This document shows positions 10,283 through 21,162 of a stretch of 64,000 nt of DNA, in pieces (position 1 is the first letter of the stretch; the number at the start of each line of letters is the position of its first letter). Made by a program: the position numbers and the translations under genes. Source of the stretch: a virus. The stretch spans positions 64,001-128,000 of the IMG/VR virus record IMGVR_UViG_3300008267_000003, one strand, 5' to 3'. The notes below the pieces were generated by a model. The model was not told the DNA's origin. It did not search any database and saw only the letters and a list, made by a program, of their open reading frames with translations.

Positions 10283-11236
10283 ATGGCAACAAAACAACAA
10301 CTAGATGAATTACAAGTAGGTGGTGGTGCTACTGGTGTCTCGATGGTACCTGATGCCGGCACTAAGAAAACATCTCTTCCTAATTCTAAATCACAGGGTG
10401 ATGGTTCACAGTCTCTAGCTGGAGATCAACAAGAAACAGATCCTCAAAACAACTCAGCTCCAACAGGAGATATGTCAGCTCAGAATAAGGCTTCGGTAGC
10501 AATGAAAGAACACATCGACGCAATGTTTAACGGAGAAGATCTCTCCGAAGAATTTAAAGAAAAAGCAACTACAATTTTTGAAGCTGCTATCTACGCTCGT
10601 ATTAACGAAGAAGTTCAGCGTCTAGAAGAGCAGTACGCAGACAAAGTAGAAGAAGCTGTTGGCGAGATTGCAGAAGAAATCACTTCTAAATTAGACGACT
10701 ATCTCAATTACTGTGTAGAGCAGTGGATGAAGGAAAATGAAGTTGCAATTGAGCATTCACTTAAGTCTGAAATCACAGAAGATTTCATGGACGGTCTAAA
10801 GAATCTATTTGCTGAAAACTATATCGAGATTCCGGAAGACAAGCTAGATGTTCTCGAGCAGCTTACAGCCAAGGTTGAAGAGCTAGAAGACAAACTCAAT
10901 TCTCAGATTTCTGAAAACATTGAACTATCCAAGTCTATCAGCCAGTACAATGTTCAAGAGATTTTTGCTGAAGTATCAGAAGGCCTAGTAATGACACAAG
11001 TTGAAAAACTACGTCAGCTTGCAGAAGGCATCGATTACGACTCAGCAGACAACTACAAAAAGAAATTGTTACTTGTTAAGGAAAACTATTTCCCAACACA
11101 GCAAGTTTCAGTTTCAACAACAGAAGAAGATAATGCAATTGGTAACAACGATTTAGCTGAAGATACTTCAGTTAGATTCCAAGATCCATCAGTTAAGCGT
11201 TACTTTTCTGCGATCTCAAGAATTAATAAAGCATAA
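10283..11236 (+). CDS. gp22: Prohead scaffolding protein gp22
   Basis: LSEEFKEKATTIFEAA; acidic coiled coil before major capsid gene. Confidence 0.93.
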   Translation: MATKQQLDELQVGGGATGVSMVPDAGTKKTSLPNSKSQGDGSQSLAGDQQETDPQNNSAPTGDMSAQNKASVAMKEHIDAMFNGEDLSEEFKEKATTIFEAAIYARINEEVQRLEEQYADKVEEAVGEIAEEITSKLDDYLNYCVEQWMKENEVAIEHSLKSEITEDFMDGLKNLFAENYIEIPEDKLDVLEQLTAKVEELEDKLNSQISENIELSKSISQYNVQEIFAEVSEGLVMTQVEKLRQLAEGIDYDSADNYKKKLLLVKENYFPTQQVSVSTTEEDNAIGNNDLAEDTSVRFQDPSVKRYFSAISRINKA

Positions 11237-11274
11237 ATAAAAAAGATTTTATCAACCCCGTAAGGAGAAGTAAC

Positions 11275-12603
11275 ATGATGTTAGCTGAAGAATTACAATC
11301 AAAATGGGATCCTATTCTGACTCACCCAGATTTAGCTCCTATTAAAGATCAGCATCGTAGAAGCGTTACCGCTGTTGTTCTAGAGAACACAGAGAAGGCA
11401 CTTCGCGAAGCCAATCAATACGTTCCACAAACACTTACAGAGACAGCTGCTAATGCAACTGGTGCTGATATCGATACTTTCGATCCAGTTCTTATCTCTC
11501 TAGTTCGCCGTGCAATGCCAAATCTAATTGCGTATGACATCTGCGGCGTTCAGCCAATGACTGGTCCTACCGGTTTGATCTTCGCAATGCGTTCCAAGTA
11601 TAGCAACAGCTCCAATAGCGGTGTTGAGAACTTCTACAATGAAGTTAACTCATCATTCTCTTCTGTTGTTACTGGTGCTAACACACTAGGTCAGAAGCAT
11701 GTTGGTGGTGTTCCTGGTAACACAACAACTGGTACTGCTAACCTTGCTGAAACAGGTATCTACAACTTCGGTTCAGGTATGTCTACAGCGCAAGCAGAAG
11801 CTCTAGGTACTTCAGGTAACGTTTCTTTTGCTGAAATGGCTTTCTCGATTGAGAAAGTAACTGTAACAGCTAAGTCACGTGCTCTAAAAGCTGAGTACAC
11901 AATGGAACTTGCACAAGATCTGAAAGCAATCCATGGTCTAGATGCTGAAACAGAACTAAGCAACATTCTCTCTTCAGAGATCCTTGCTGAGATCAACCGT
12001 GAAGTTGTTCGTACAATCAATGTTACTGCTACACGTGGTGCTACTGAGAATACAACAACAGCTGGTCGTTTTGACCTTGACACAGACTCAAACGGTCGTT
12101 GGAGCGTTGAGAAGTTCAAGGGTCTAATGTTCCAAGTTGAGCGTGAAGCTAACCAAATTGCCAAGGCTACACGTCGTGGTAAAGGTAACATGATCATCTG
12201 TTCTTCTGACGTTGCTTCTGCACTTCAGATGGCTGGTGTTCTTGATTACGCTCCTGCTCTAAACAGCAACAACCTAAACGTTGATGACACAGGTAACACT
12301 TTCGCTGGTGTTCTAAATGGTCGTATCCGTGTTTACATCGATCCATATGCAACTGGTAACTACATGACTGTTGGTTACAAAGGCGCATCTGCATTCGACG
12401 CAGGTCTGTTCTATTGCCCATACGTTCCTCTACAAATGGTTCGTGCAGTTGATCCTGACAGCTTCCAGCCTAAGATTGGCTTTAAGACTCGTTACGGAAT
12501 GGTTGCAAACCCATTTGCTGAAGGTTCGACAGCTGGTCTAGGTGCTCTAACCAAAGATTCTAACGTTTACTACCGTAGACTCATGGTTGACAACCTAATG
12601 TAA
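11275..12603 (+). CDS. gp23: Major capsid protein gp23
   Basis: GVQPMTGPTGLIFAMR, ELAQDLKAIHGLDAE, FQPKIGFKTRYG. Confidence 0.99.
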   Translation: MMLAEELQSKWDPILTHPDLAPIKDQHRRSVTAVVLENTEKALREANQYVPQTLTETAANATGADIDTFDPVLISLVRRAMPNLIAYDICGVQPMTGPTGLIFAMRSKYSNSSNSGVENFYNEVNSSFSSVVTGANTLGQKHVGGVPGNTTTGTANLAETGIYNFGSGMSTAQAEALGTSGNVSFAEMAFSIEKVTVTAKSRALKAEYTMELAQDLKAIHGLDAETELSNILSSEILAEINREVVRTINVTATRGATENTTTAGRFDLDTDSNGRWSVEKFKGLMFQVEREANQIAKATRRGKGNMIICSSDVASALQMAGVLDYAPALNSNNLNVDDTGNTFAGVLNGRIRVYIDPYATGNYMTVGYKGASAFDAGLFYCPYVPLQMVRAVDPDSFQPKIGFKTRYGMVANPFAEGSTAGLGALTKDSNVYYRRLMVDNLM

Positions 12604-12642
12604 TTGTTTATAAAAATTACAATATAACATAGCAGCAATTTT

Positions 12643-12669
12643 GAGAGGATCTTCGGATCCTCTCTTTTT
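12643..12669 (+). terminator. Intrinsic terminator after gp23
   Basis: GAGAGGATC-TTCG-GATCCTCTC followed by TTTTT. Confidence 0.93.
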
Positions 12670-12699
12670 ATTTGCATAAATAGTAAAAAAGGATATACT

Positions 12700-13236
12700 A
12701 TGAGTGCCATTACAAATACACCAGTAAATAGAAACTTCTTAGCATCATCTAACTTCAGAATGGCTCTGCAGAGAGCTCCTTCGCTGAACTTCTTCCTTCA
12801 AGGTATTTCAATCCCTGGGTTATCTTTTGAGGGTTCTATAGATGTGCCCACCCCGTTTGTTAAAATTCCTATCCCAGGTGACCATATTAACTACGCTCCT
12901 CTTACAGTTGAGTTCATAGTTGATGAGGATCTAACAAACTATCTAGAAATATGGAATTGGATTATTTCCATTGCCGGCCCAGAATCAATAGACCCAACAT
13001 CAACAGATAGACTTGACAATAAGTTAGTAACGGATTATAATTCTAGAGCTAGATCAGATATTAAGTTAATGATTCTTTCTAGCGCTAAGAACCCAAACCT
13101 TGAAGTTACTTTTTATGATGCATTTCCTTCCAGTCTTGGCCAATTAAACTTTACAACTGTTTCTTCCGATATCTCTTACATACAATGTTCGGTTACCTTC
13201 GACTATATCAAATATAAAATTGAAAAATACAGTTGA
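12700..13236 (+). CDS. gp3: Tail completion protein gp3
   Basis: FIVDEDLTNYLEIWNW, FYDAFP; CATAAATA late-promoter variant at 12675. Confidence 0.85.
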   Translation: MSAITNTPVNRNFLASSNFRMALQRAPSLNFFLQGISIPGLSFEGSIDVPTPFVKIPIPGDHINYAPLTVEFIVDEDLTNYLEIWNWIISIAGPESIDPTSTDRLDNKLVTDYNSRARSDIKLMILSSAKNPNLEVTFYDAFPSSLGQLNFTTVSSDISYIQCSVTFDYIKYKIEKYS

Positions 13237-13261
13237 CCTTGTTTGATTAATAATGTATCAT
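13233..13261 (+). promoter_or_regulatory. Sigma70-type promoter for uvsY operon
   Basis: TTGACC-N17-TATCAT. Confidence 0.6.
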
Positions 13262-13283
13262 ATGATCTAAATGGGAGGATTGT

Positions 13284-13718
13284 ATGAAGACTGATGAACT
13301 TATAATTGAGTGGGAGCGAGATAGTGATGTTGATAAAACTGAGCTGGGAAAAGAGTCACTGCGTATTCCTCAATTACACTCAAAGTATTTGAAGGAGCTG
13401 TTCCTAGCTAAATCAATGCTTACCAAACTTAACGGTGACTTCAAAAAACTATACAAACTCAAACATCAATACTATCAGGGTATCTTATCCCAGGAAGAGT
13501 TAGAAGAGCATGGTTGGAGTCCGCAACCACTGAAGATACTTAAGGTTGACATTCCAATTTATCTTGAATCAGATGATGATCTTCAGACTATACAACAAAG
13601 AATACAGCTAACAGAAGACAAGTTAGAAATTATCGAAAACATTATACGTACACTCAATAACAGAGGATATCTTTTGAAAAATGCTATTGAGTGGGAAAAG
13701 TTTAAAATGGGTGTATGA
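13284..13718 (+). CDS. uvsY: Recombination mediator UvsY
   Basis: ESLRIPQLHSKYL, KNAIEWEKF; synteny with uvsW. Confidence 0.88.
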   Translation: MKTDELIIEWERDSDVDKTELGKESLRIPQLHSKYLKELFLAKSMLTKLNGDFKKLYKLKHQYYQGILSQEELEEHGWSPQPLKILKVDIPIYLESDDDLQTIQQRIQLTEDKLEIIENIIRTLNNRGYLLKNAIEWEKFKMGV

Positions 13719-15166
13719 TACAGTTAGAGAGATATAACGAAACCTATATTAAGGTTCATTGTAATGATGGTGTTGCTCAAGAGCTTTCAGACTATTTTAC
13801 GTTTGAGGTACCTGGTGCTCGTTTCATTCCTTCAGTGAGAAAGAAAGGATGGGATGGTAAGATACGGTTGTTCAACTCTGGTACGCATCACATCTACACA
13901 GGATTGATAGATTATGTTAAAGACTTTGCAAAACAAAATGATTATCCTGTAGATCTGCTTTCTGATTTTTCAGATGACACTGATGAGGTTGATGTTGAGC
14001 AGTTCTTTAAATCAATCAACCTTACAAAGCACCCTAGAGATTATCAGATAGCAGCTTTCAAGCATGCAATAAAGAAAAAAAGATCTTTACTATTATCTCC
14101 TACAGCTTCTGGTAAGTCATTAATAATATATCTTCTCTGCAGGTTCTTCAATCTTAAAACGCTATTGATTGTACCCACCACATCTTTAGTGTATCAGATG
14201 TATTCTGATTTTGAAGAGTATGGCTATGATTCAAAGTCCAATTGCCACATGATATTCTCTGGTCAGGAAAAGGACGAAGATAAATCAATATACATATCAA
14301 CATGGCAGTCAATATATAATCAACCACGTAAATGGTTTCAGCAGTTTGATGTGGTGATAGGAGATGAAGCTCACCTATTCAAAGCAAAGTCTCTTACATC
14401 TATAATGCAGAATCTTTTCAACTGCAAGTATAGGTTTGGATTCACAGGAACACTAGATGGGTCGCAGACTCATAAATTAGTACTCGAGGGTTTGTTTGGT
14501 ACAGTCAAGAAAGTAACAACTACAGCTGATTTGATTGAGCAAAAATATCTATCCGAATTCAGAATCAAAGCTATTGTATTGGAATATGATGACTACTATA
14601 AGAAGTTAATGAAAGTAGCTCCGTACAGAGATGAAATTGAGTTCCTAATTAATCATCAAGCTAGAAACAAATTTATAGCAGACCTATCATTACAACTCAA
14701 AGGCAACACCCTTATTTTATATCAGTATGTTGACAAACACGGAAAAGCACTATATGATCTTATCAAGCAAAATAAAAACAATCACATCCAGCTGTATTTC
14801 GTTTCTGGTGAGATTAGTGGTGAGAACCGAAATGATATTAGAAGAGCTGTGGAAATGGAAACTGGTTCGATTATTGTCGCTTCTTATGGTACTTTTTCTA
14901 CTGGCGTCAATATTACAAACCTGCACAATATCATTTTCGCTTCACCTTCAAAATCAAGGATCCGAAACCTACAATCCATCGGACGTGGACTACGAAAGGG
15001 AAGTAGAAAAGATAAAGCCACTCTTTTCGACATAGCGGATAATTTACAGTGGAAGCAACGACGTAACTACACCTTGAATCATTTTGTGGAAAGAATAAAA
15101 ATATATAATGAAGAGAAGTTTGAGTATAAAACATATTCCATACCTTTAAAGGATAGCAATGATTAA
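13715..15166 (+). CDS. uvsW: SF2 helicase UvsW
   Basis: SPTASGKS, DEAH, QSIGRGLR. Confidence 0.96.
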   Translation: MIQLERYNETYIKVHCNDGVAQELSDYFTFEVPGARFIPSVRKKGWDGKIRLFNSGTHHIYTGLIDYVKDFAKQNDYPVDLLSDFSDDTDEVDVEQFFKSINLTKHPRDYQIAAFKHAIKKKRSLLLSPTASGKSLIIYLLCRFFNLKTLLIVPTTSLVYQMYSDFEEYGYDSKSNCHMIFSGQEKDEDKSIYISTWQSIYNQPRKWFQQFDVVIGDEAHLFKAKSLTSIMQNLFNCKYRFGFTGTLDGSQTHKLVLEGLFGTVKKVTTTADLIEQKYLSEFRIKAIVLEYDDYYKKLMKVAPYRDEIEFLINHQARNKFIADLSLQLKGNTLILYQYVDKHGKALYDLIKQNKNNHIQLYFVSGEISGENRNDIRRAVEMETGSIIVASYGTFSTGVNITNLHNIIFASPSKSRIRNLQSIGRGLRKGSRKDKATLFDIADNLQWKQRRNYTLNHFVERIKIYNEEKFEYKTYSIPLKDSND

Positions 15167-15557
15167 AATAGTTAAGCTTCAAAATAACAGTGAAATCATT
15201 GGTCATGTAATTCACGAGGATGAGAAAGATGTTCTCATCGAAGATCCCTTCACAATCAACTATATCTTTTCACCAAGAAGTGAACGTCCTGTGATAGGAC
15301 TTTTAAGATATATGCCTTTTGCTGAGAGTAGAACTATATCCTTCCAAAAGGAAAATGTAATTGTATCACTTGCTGCTAGAAAGTCTATGGCTAATTATTA
15401 TGAGGCTGTTCTTCAATCCTACATTAAAGAGGTTGATGAAAGCATAGATATTGAGCTAGAAAGTATTGCAGAGCTAGAAGACAATCAAAATGATACAAAT
15501 ACAGATGTGCTCACAGCAATGATGGAAAGACTTAATCCTAATAATAGTATGCACTGA
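15159..15557 (+). CDS. Conserved hypothetical protein (possible Sm-like fold)
   Basis: IKIVKL..SEIIG pattern; between uvsW and gp55. Confidence 0.6.
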   Translation: MIKIVKLQNNSEIIGHVIHEDEKDVLIEDPFTINYIFSPRSERPVIGLLRYMPFAESRTISFQKENVIVSLAARKSMANYYEAVLQSYIKEVDESIDIELESIAELEDNQNDTNTDVLTAMMERLNPNNSMH

Positions 15558-15558
15558 T

Positions 15559-16098
15559 ATGACAACTAACTACATTGACAATAAAACATTCTACGAAGCC
15601 ATCAAACAATACAAGCAGACAGTAAGAGATGCTGAGCAACAAAACAAAACGAAGCCTATTTTACCAAACTATCTTGGTGAGTGTATATTGTTAATTGCAA
15701 ATAGACTAGCTACCAAACCAAACTTTATCAACTATTCTTATCGTGATGAGATGATTGCAGATGGAATTGAAAACTGCATCATGTATATTGATAACTTTGA
15801 TCCAGATAAATCCACAAACCCTTTTGCATATTTTACTCAGATAATCTACTTTGCTTTTCTAAGACGGATACAGAAAGAAAAGAAACACCTGTATATTAAA
15901 CATCAGGTATATAAGAACTCGGCTATATCAGAGGAGTTGTTTGATCTACAGGATGGAGATATGTTTGATGGTGGTCCAACTAACAATATGTTTGAGAATG
16001 AGAAAATGAGTGACTTTATTAAGTCTTTCGAGGATAATCTAGAGAAGAAGCGAAAGCCCGCAGAGAAGACTGGTATTGATAAATTTGTTGAGGAATAA
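15559..16098 (+). CDS. gp55: Late sigma factor gp55
   Basis: NFINYSYRDEMIADG, NPFAYFTQI. Confidence 0.96.
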   Translation: MTTNYIDNKTFYEAIKQYKQTVRDAEQQNKTKPILPNYLGECILLIANRLATKPNFINYSYRDEMIADGIENCIMYIDNFDPDKSTNPFAYFTQIIYFAFLRRIQKEKKHLYIKHQVYKNSAISEELFDLQDGDMFDGGPTNNMFENEKMSDFIKSFEDNLEKKRKPAEKTGIDKFVEE

Positions 16099-17147
16099 TG
16101 AAGATAGCTTTAATAACGGACACGCACTTTGGTGCAAGGGGAGACCATGGAGCATTCGACAAACATTTTAAGAAATTCTACGACCAATCGTTTTTTCCAA
16201 CACTTGATGAACGAGGAATACGGAATGTTATTCATCTTGGCGATATGTTTGATCGTCGCAAGTACATTAACTATCTTACTCTCAACAATTGCCGCGAGTA
16301 CTTTTTTGATCCTTTACGTGATCGGAAAATTAGGCTCGATGTTATCGTCGGTAATCACGACGTTTTCTACAAGAACACAAACTCAATAAACTCTCCAGAG
16401 CTATTACTAGCTGATTATGACAACATATCACCTTATAGTGACCCTGTTGAGTTAACATATGCAGGTTTAGACATCTTGATGCTGCCATGGATATGTGCAG
16501 ACAACTACAACGATGTCATGGGTATGATCAAGAATACTAGAGCGCAAGTATGCTTTGGTCATCTTGAACTAGCTGGTTTCCAAATGTATAAAGGACAGGT
16601 AAACGACCATGGATTTGATTCTAAAATATTCGAACGATTTGATCTTGTTTGTACTGGTCACTTTCATCATCGTTCAAGCTCTGGCAATATTCACTATCTC
16701 GGAAATCCTTATGAGCTTACGTGGGCTGATTATGAAGACCCAAGAGGATTCCACATCTTCGACACAGAGACAAGAGAGTTAGAGTTTATACAGAACCCTA
16801 ACAGGATGTTCTACAAAATATTCTTTAATGATAAGTTTGAGCTAGGTGATTATAGCCATTTAGCAGATACGTTTGTTAAGGTAGTGGTACAAAGCAGAGA
16901 TAATCCAATTCAATTAGACATGCTTATTGATAAACTAGAAAAGTCAGGTATTGCAGATCTACAGGTGGTAGATGATCACATGCATATGGATCTTCAGGAT
17001 GATAATGATATTGTTGAAAGTGCTGAAGATACAATGACAATCCTATCTAAATTTTGTGAGCAGATAGAAACAACTGCTGACAAACAACGACTAGACAGAC
17101 TTCTACGTAGTTTATATAATGAGGCGATCAATATAGAGTCAGCTTAA
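16098..17147 (+). CDS. gp47: Recombination endonuclease subunit gp47 (Mre11-like)
   Basis: DTHFG, GD, GNHD, GHFH metallophosphoesterase motifs. Confidence 0.95.
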   Translation: MKIALITDTHFGARGDHGAFDKHFKKFYDQSFFPTLDERGIRNVIHLGDMFDRRKYINYLTLNNCREYFFDPLRDRKIRLDVIVGNHDVFYKNTNSINSPELLLADYDNISPYSDPVELTYAGLDILMLPWICADNYNDVMGMIKNTRAQVCFGHLELAGFQMYKGQVNDHGFDSKIFERFDLVCTGHFHHRSSSGNIHYLGNPYELTWADYEDPRGFHIFDTETRELEFIQNPNRMFYKIFFNDKFELGDYSHLADTFVKVVVQSRDNPIQLDMLIDKLEKSGIADLQVVDDHMHMDLQDDNDIVESAEDTMTILSKFCEQIETTADKQRLDRLLRSLYNEAINIESA

Positions 17148-17150
17148 TAT

Positions 17151-18869
17151 ATGATAAGTTTCAAATGTATTAGATGGAAGAACATTCTATCTACGGGTGA
17201 TGTATGGACAGAAGTTAATTTTCAGAAATCAAAATCAACATTGATAGTAGGTGAGAATGGTGCTGGTAAAAGTACTATTCTTGATGCTATCTGTTTTGCT
17301 CTTTTTGCAAAGCCTTTCCGCAAGATAAACAAACCTCAATTGATCAACTCGATCAATAAGAAGGGAATGCTTGTTGAGCTAGAGTTCTCAATTGGCTCTA
17401 AGCAGTATTTAATATGTAGAGGTCAAAAGCCAAACGTCTTTGATATCATCTGTAATGGTGATATGATGAACCAGACATCAGATGTTAGAGAGTATCAAGA
17501 GATGCTTGAGAAGAATATTCTTAAGCTGAACTTCAAATCCTTTTCTCAGATTGTTATTTTAGGTAGTGCATCATTCACTCCTTTCATGCAACTGCCAGCA
17601 GCTCATCGTAGAGAGATAATAGAAGATCTATTAGATATCCAAATCTTCTCCACTATGAATAGTATTCTTAAGGAAAAGATATCTCTCAACAAAGAAGAGT
17701 TGACTAGCGTATCGTTTGAGATTAAAAATGCTGTTGATAAAATTGAGCTGCATAAAAGATTGACTACTACAATCAAGGACAATAAACAAACAACAATTGA
17801 TGCAAAGAATAATCAGCTTAAAGAAGTAGCTGGCAACATGCAGATAGCTCTTGATGTTATCAAGGAGCATAAAACGACTATCACCCTTCTTGAAGGCAGT
17901 ATTGTTGATGAGGACGTTGTATCAGGTAAGTATTCTAACTACCTTGATTTGAAACGTACTGGTGAAGACAAACTAAGATCAATAACAGAAAGCATTGACT
18001 TTTTACAAGACCATGAAAGCTGTCCTACTTGCAATCAAGATATAGATGCTCACTTTAAAGATGGTAGTATCGAAGAAAAGAACAAACAAAAAACAAAAGT
18101 AGAAGAGACCCTTGTCTCACTACAAGATCATTTAGACTCTTTAAATGAGAGGTTGATGGTCATATCAGATGTGCATTCTTTTATTCAACAACAAGAGTCT
18201 TACATACAAGAATGCAACACTCAAGTAAAAATATATCAGAACACAATCAAGCTGTTACAGGATGAGATAGCAACACTTCAGTCAGACATAGAGGTACAAT
18301 CAACGGATGATGCTGAAGAGCTAGATGCGATCAAAAGAACTTTGAAAGCAGCGATCAACACGAAAGAAGAACTACTAAAAGATAAATCCGCTCTTGATGT
18401 TGCAGCTGTACTACTGAAGGACTCTGGTGTTAAGACTAAGATTATAAAGCAATATATTCCTGTAATAAATAAACTTGTTAACAAATACTTAGCTGCAATG
18501 GACTTCTTTGTTAACTTTGAATTGAATGAAAACTTCGAAGAGACAATTAAATCAAGACATCGTGATGACTTTAGCTATGAGTCGTTCTCTGAGGGAGAGA
18601 AAATGCGTATTGATCTTGCTCTCCTGTTTACATGGAGATCTATCAGCAAGCTTCGTAACTCTGCATCTACTAATCTCCTAATCATGGACGAAGTGTTTGA
18701 TAGTTCACTAGATAATAATGGTACAGAAGAGTTCCTAAAGATAATCAATACGTTGACCGCTGATACTAACTTGTTTATAATATCGCACAAGGGTGATCAA
18801 CTGTTCGATAAATTCCATTCAGTAATCAAATTCCAAAAAGTAAAAAACTTTAGTCAAATGGTGAAATAA
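17151..18869 (+). CDS. gp46: Recombination ATPase gp46 (Rad50-like)
   Basis: GENGAGKST, CPTC hook, FSEGEK, DEVFD. Confidence 0.96.
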   Translation: MISFKCIRWKNILSTGDVWTEVNFQKSKSTLIVGENGAGKSTILDAICFALFAKPFRKINKPQLINSINKKGMLVELEFSIGSKQYLICRGQKPNVFDIICNGDMMNQTSDVREYQEMLEKNILKLNFKSFSQIVILGSASFTPFMQLPAAHRREIIEDLLDIQIFSTMNSILKEKISLNKEELTSVSFEIKNAVDKIELHKRLTTTIKDNKQTTIDAKNNQLKEVAGNMQIALDVIKEHKTTITLLEGSIVDEDVVSGKYSNYLDLKRTGEDKLRSITESIDFLQDHESCPTCNQDIDAHFKDGSIEEKNKQKTKVEETLVSLQDHLDSLNERLMVISDVHSFIQQQESYIQECNTQVKIYQNTIKLLQDEIATLQSDIEVQSTDDAEELDAIKRTLKAAINTKEELLKDKSALDVAAVLLKDSGVKTKIIKQYIPVINKLVNKYLAAMDFFVNFELNENFEETIKSRHRDDFSYESFSEGEKMRIDLALLFTWRSISKLRNSASTNLLIMDEVFDSSLDNNGTEEFLKIINTLTADTNLFIISHKGDQLFDKFHSVIKFQKVKNFSQMVK

Positions 18870-19381
18870 TGATATATGATTTAGTAGCTCCAGACCACCC
18901 ACTGCTAAGAACAAAGCTGGAGAGGTTTGATTTCAACAACCCTCCAATCAACCCACACGAGCTAACTAATAACCTTATCGAGACAATGATCCACTATAAG
19001 GGTATTGGTCTTTCTGCTAACCAATGTGGTTTACCGTACAGAGCTTTTGTACTATGGTCCAATCCAACAAAAGTAATCTTTAATCCAGTCGTAGCTGATG
19101 TATCCACAGAGCAGATTATGCTGGAAGAAGGTTGTGTCACATATCCAAATCTGTTTATCAAAATTAAACGTCCTAAGCTAGTACGTATTCGCTACATGGA
19201 TTCTTTTGGTGAGTCGCATACTGATAAGTTTACTGGTATGTCAGCACGGTGCGTATTACACGAAGTAGATCATTTGAATGGTGTTAACTTTACATTCAAA
19301 GCAAATAAGTTTCATTATGATCAAGCAATGAGACAAAGGAATAAGCGTCAAAAATCTTATAAGGTGCCTGAATATGAGTAA
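18869..19381 (+). CDS. def: Peptide deformylase
   Basis: GIGLSANQ, EEGC, HEVDHLNG. Confidence 0.95.
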   Translation: MIYDLVAPDHPLLRTKLERFDFNNPPINPHELTNNLIETMIHYKGIGLSANQCGLPYRAFVLWSNPTKVIFNPVVADVSTEQIMLEEGCVTYPNLFIKIKRPKLVRIRYMDSFGESHTDKFTGMSARCVLHEVDHLNGVNFTFKANKFHYDQAMRQRNKRQKSYKVPEYE

Positions 19382-20225
19382 AATTAAAGTAGCCGAGCTG
19401 TTCTACAGCTTGCAGGGTGAAGGTAAGTATGTAGGTGTTCCTAGTGTGTTTCTACGGACGTTTGGATGCAACTTCATGTGTAGTGGTTTTGGTATGCCAA
19501 AAGGAAGTGCCTCTAAAGAGCGAGATGTCATCGCTATGAATGTTGACGCATATAAGACCTATGATTCTCTTCCTCTTGTACATACAGGTTGTGATTCGTA
19601 TGCCAGCTGGGATCCTAGATTCAAACATCTTTCTCCTGTACTTAGAACTGACAGTATCGTAGATTCTATTTTAGATCTATTACCTAACAAAGAGTGGAAG
19701 AATGAACACTTAATTATTACCGGTGGCGAGCCTCTTCTTGGATGGCAAAGATCGTATGAAGATCTGCTTTGGAATGATACGATGAGACCTTTGAAGTCTT
19801 TGACTTTTGAGACTAATGGTACACAACAGCTCACAGATGATTTCAAAAAGTTCCTGGCTAAGTATTCAAGCAAGCTCAATGGAAAAACAGAAGTGGTATT
19901 TTCTGTGAGTGCAAAGCTGAGTCCATCAGGTGAGAAGTGGGAGGAAGCTATTCTTCCTAAGGTAGTCGCAGAGTATGCTTGGTATGGTGAGGTTTATTTT
20001 AAATTCGTCGTTGACAAAGAGACGGATCTTGAGGAAATTGATAGAGCAGTAGCGGCGTATCGTGAACAGGGTATTGCTGGTGAAGTATATCTGATGCCTG
20101 TTGGTGGTACTGATCAAACTTATTTCAGCAACTACAAAGCCGTTGCAGAGATGGCTATGAAGCGTGGTTGGAGATATAGTCCCAGACTTCAGGTTGACAT
20201 CTGGAGAAATGCCTGGGGCACTTAA
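19374..20225 (+). CDS. queE: 7-carboxy-7-deazaguanine synthase (radical SAM)
   Basis: ELFYSLQGEG, FLRTFGCNFMC, CDS, ITGGEP, ETNGT. Confidence 0.92.
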   Translation: MSKIKVAELFYSLQGEGKYVGVPSVFLRTFGCNFMCSGFGMPKGSASKERDVIAMNVDAYKTYDSLPLVHTGCDSYASWDPRFKHLSPVLRTDSIVDSILDLLPNKEWKNEHLIITGGEPLLGWQRSYEDLLWNDTMRPLKSLTFETNGTQQLTDDFKKFLAKYSSKLNGKTEVVFSVSAKLSPSGEKWEEAILPKVVAEYAWYGEVYFKFVVDKETDLEEIDRAVAAYREQGIAGEVYLMPVGGTDQTYFSNYKAVAEMAMKRGWRYSPRLQVDIWRNAWGT

Positions 20226-20678
20226 ATGGATATAAACTACAATGATTTCCAAAAAGCAATTGCTTGCCTTGTTTCACAGGTCAGAAACAGTAAGATTGAG
20301 TTTGACTATGTTGTTGGAATCTCTCGTGGGGGGCTTGTTCCTGGTGTTGTTATTTCTCACCGTCTTCAGATTCCTTTTCGGGCTGTTGAGTGGTCATTGA
20401 GAGATTCACATAAAAAATACATTCCACCAGACATTGTTGTTGATGCATGGGAAGGTAGTAAAATACTTTTCATAGATGATATTGTTGATAGTGGTGAAAC
20501 TTTCATAACTATACGTAATAAGTTTGGAGAGTCTTTCAAAAATGTTAAAATAGCTTGTGTGGTTTATAATAAAGCACAGGATCTGGTTACTCCGGACTTT
20601 TGGTTCAGACAAATAGATAGAAACGTAGATAAAGAGTGGGTTAACTTCTGGTGGGAGAAAAATGAATCAACCAATTAA
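20226..20678 (+). CDS. Type I phosphoribosyltransferase (xanthine/guanine PRT-like)
   Basis: GISRGGL and ILFIDDIVDSGET PRPP-binding loop. Confidence 0.88.
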   Translation: MDINYNDFQKAIACLVSQVRNSKIEFDYVVGISRGGLVPGVVISHRLQIPFRAVEWSLRDSHKKYIPPDIVVDAWEGSKILFIDDIVDSGETFITIRNKFGESFKNVKIACVVYNKAQDLVTPDFWFRQIDRNVDKEWVNFWWEKNESTN

Positions 20679-21162
20679 ATATAAGTACGTGTCTACGAAA
20701 GAATATGTAGATGCGTTTCCAGTAGCATACCGTCAGTGGCGTGCTGACTCGCACTGTAACCTTATTCATGGTTACAGTTTTTCGATGAAGTTTTATTTCG
20801 GTACTAATGATCTTGATGTTCGTAATTGGGCAGCTGATTATGGTGGATTGAAAGAGCTTAAAGAAGTACTACAAGATCAATTTGATCACACCCTGCTTGT
20901 TGCAGAAGATGATCCTGAGCTGGAAACATACAAGATTCTGCAGGAGAAGAAGATGGCCAAGCTAACCATTCTTCCTAAACTTGGCTGTGAAGGTCTTGCT
21001 GATCAGCTGTACAAGTATATGAACGGTGTATATATTCCAGACTACTGGGGTGTGGGTGAAGCTAAGCGTTTGTGGTGCTATCGTGTAGAAGTACGAGAGA
21101 CACAAAGCAACATGGCTTTCCGTGAGGGTCATCGTGAGTGGAATGAGGATCTTTTTGCGTGA
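20662..21162 (+). CDS. queD: 6-carboxy-tetrahydropterin synthase
   Basis: HCNLIHGY (CxxxHG), QFDHT. Confidence 0.85.
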   Translation: MNQPIKYKYVSTKEYVDAFPVAYRQWRADSHCNLIHGYSFSMKFYFGTNDLDVRNWAADYGGLKELKEVLQDQFDHTLLVAEDDPELETYKILQEKKMAKLTILPKLGCEGLADQLYKYMNGVYIPDYWGVGEAKRLWCYRVEVRETQSNMAFREGHREWNEDLFA

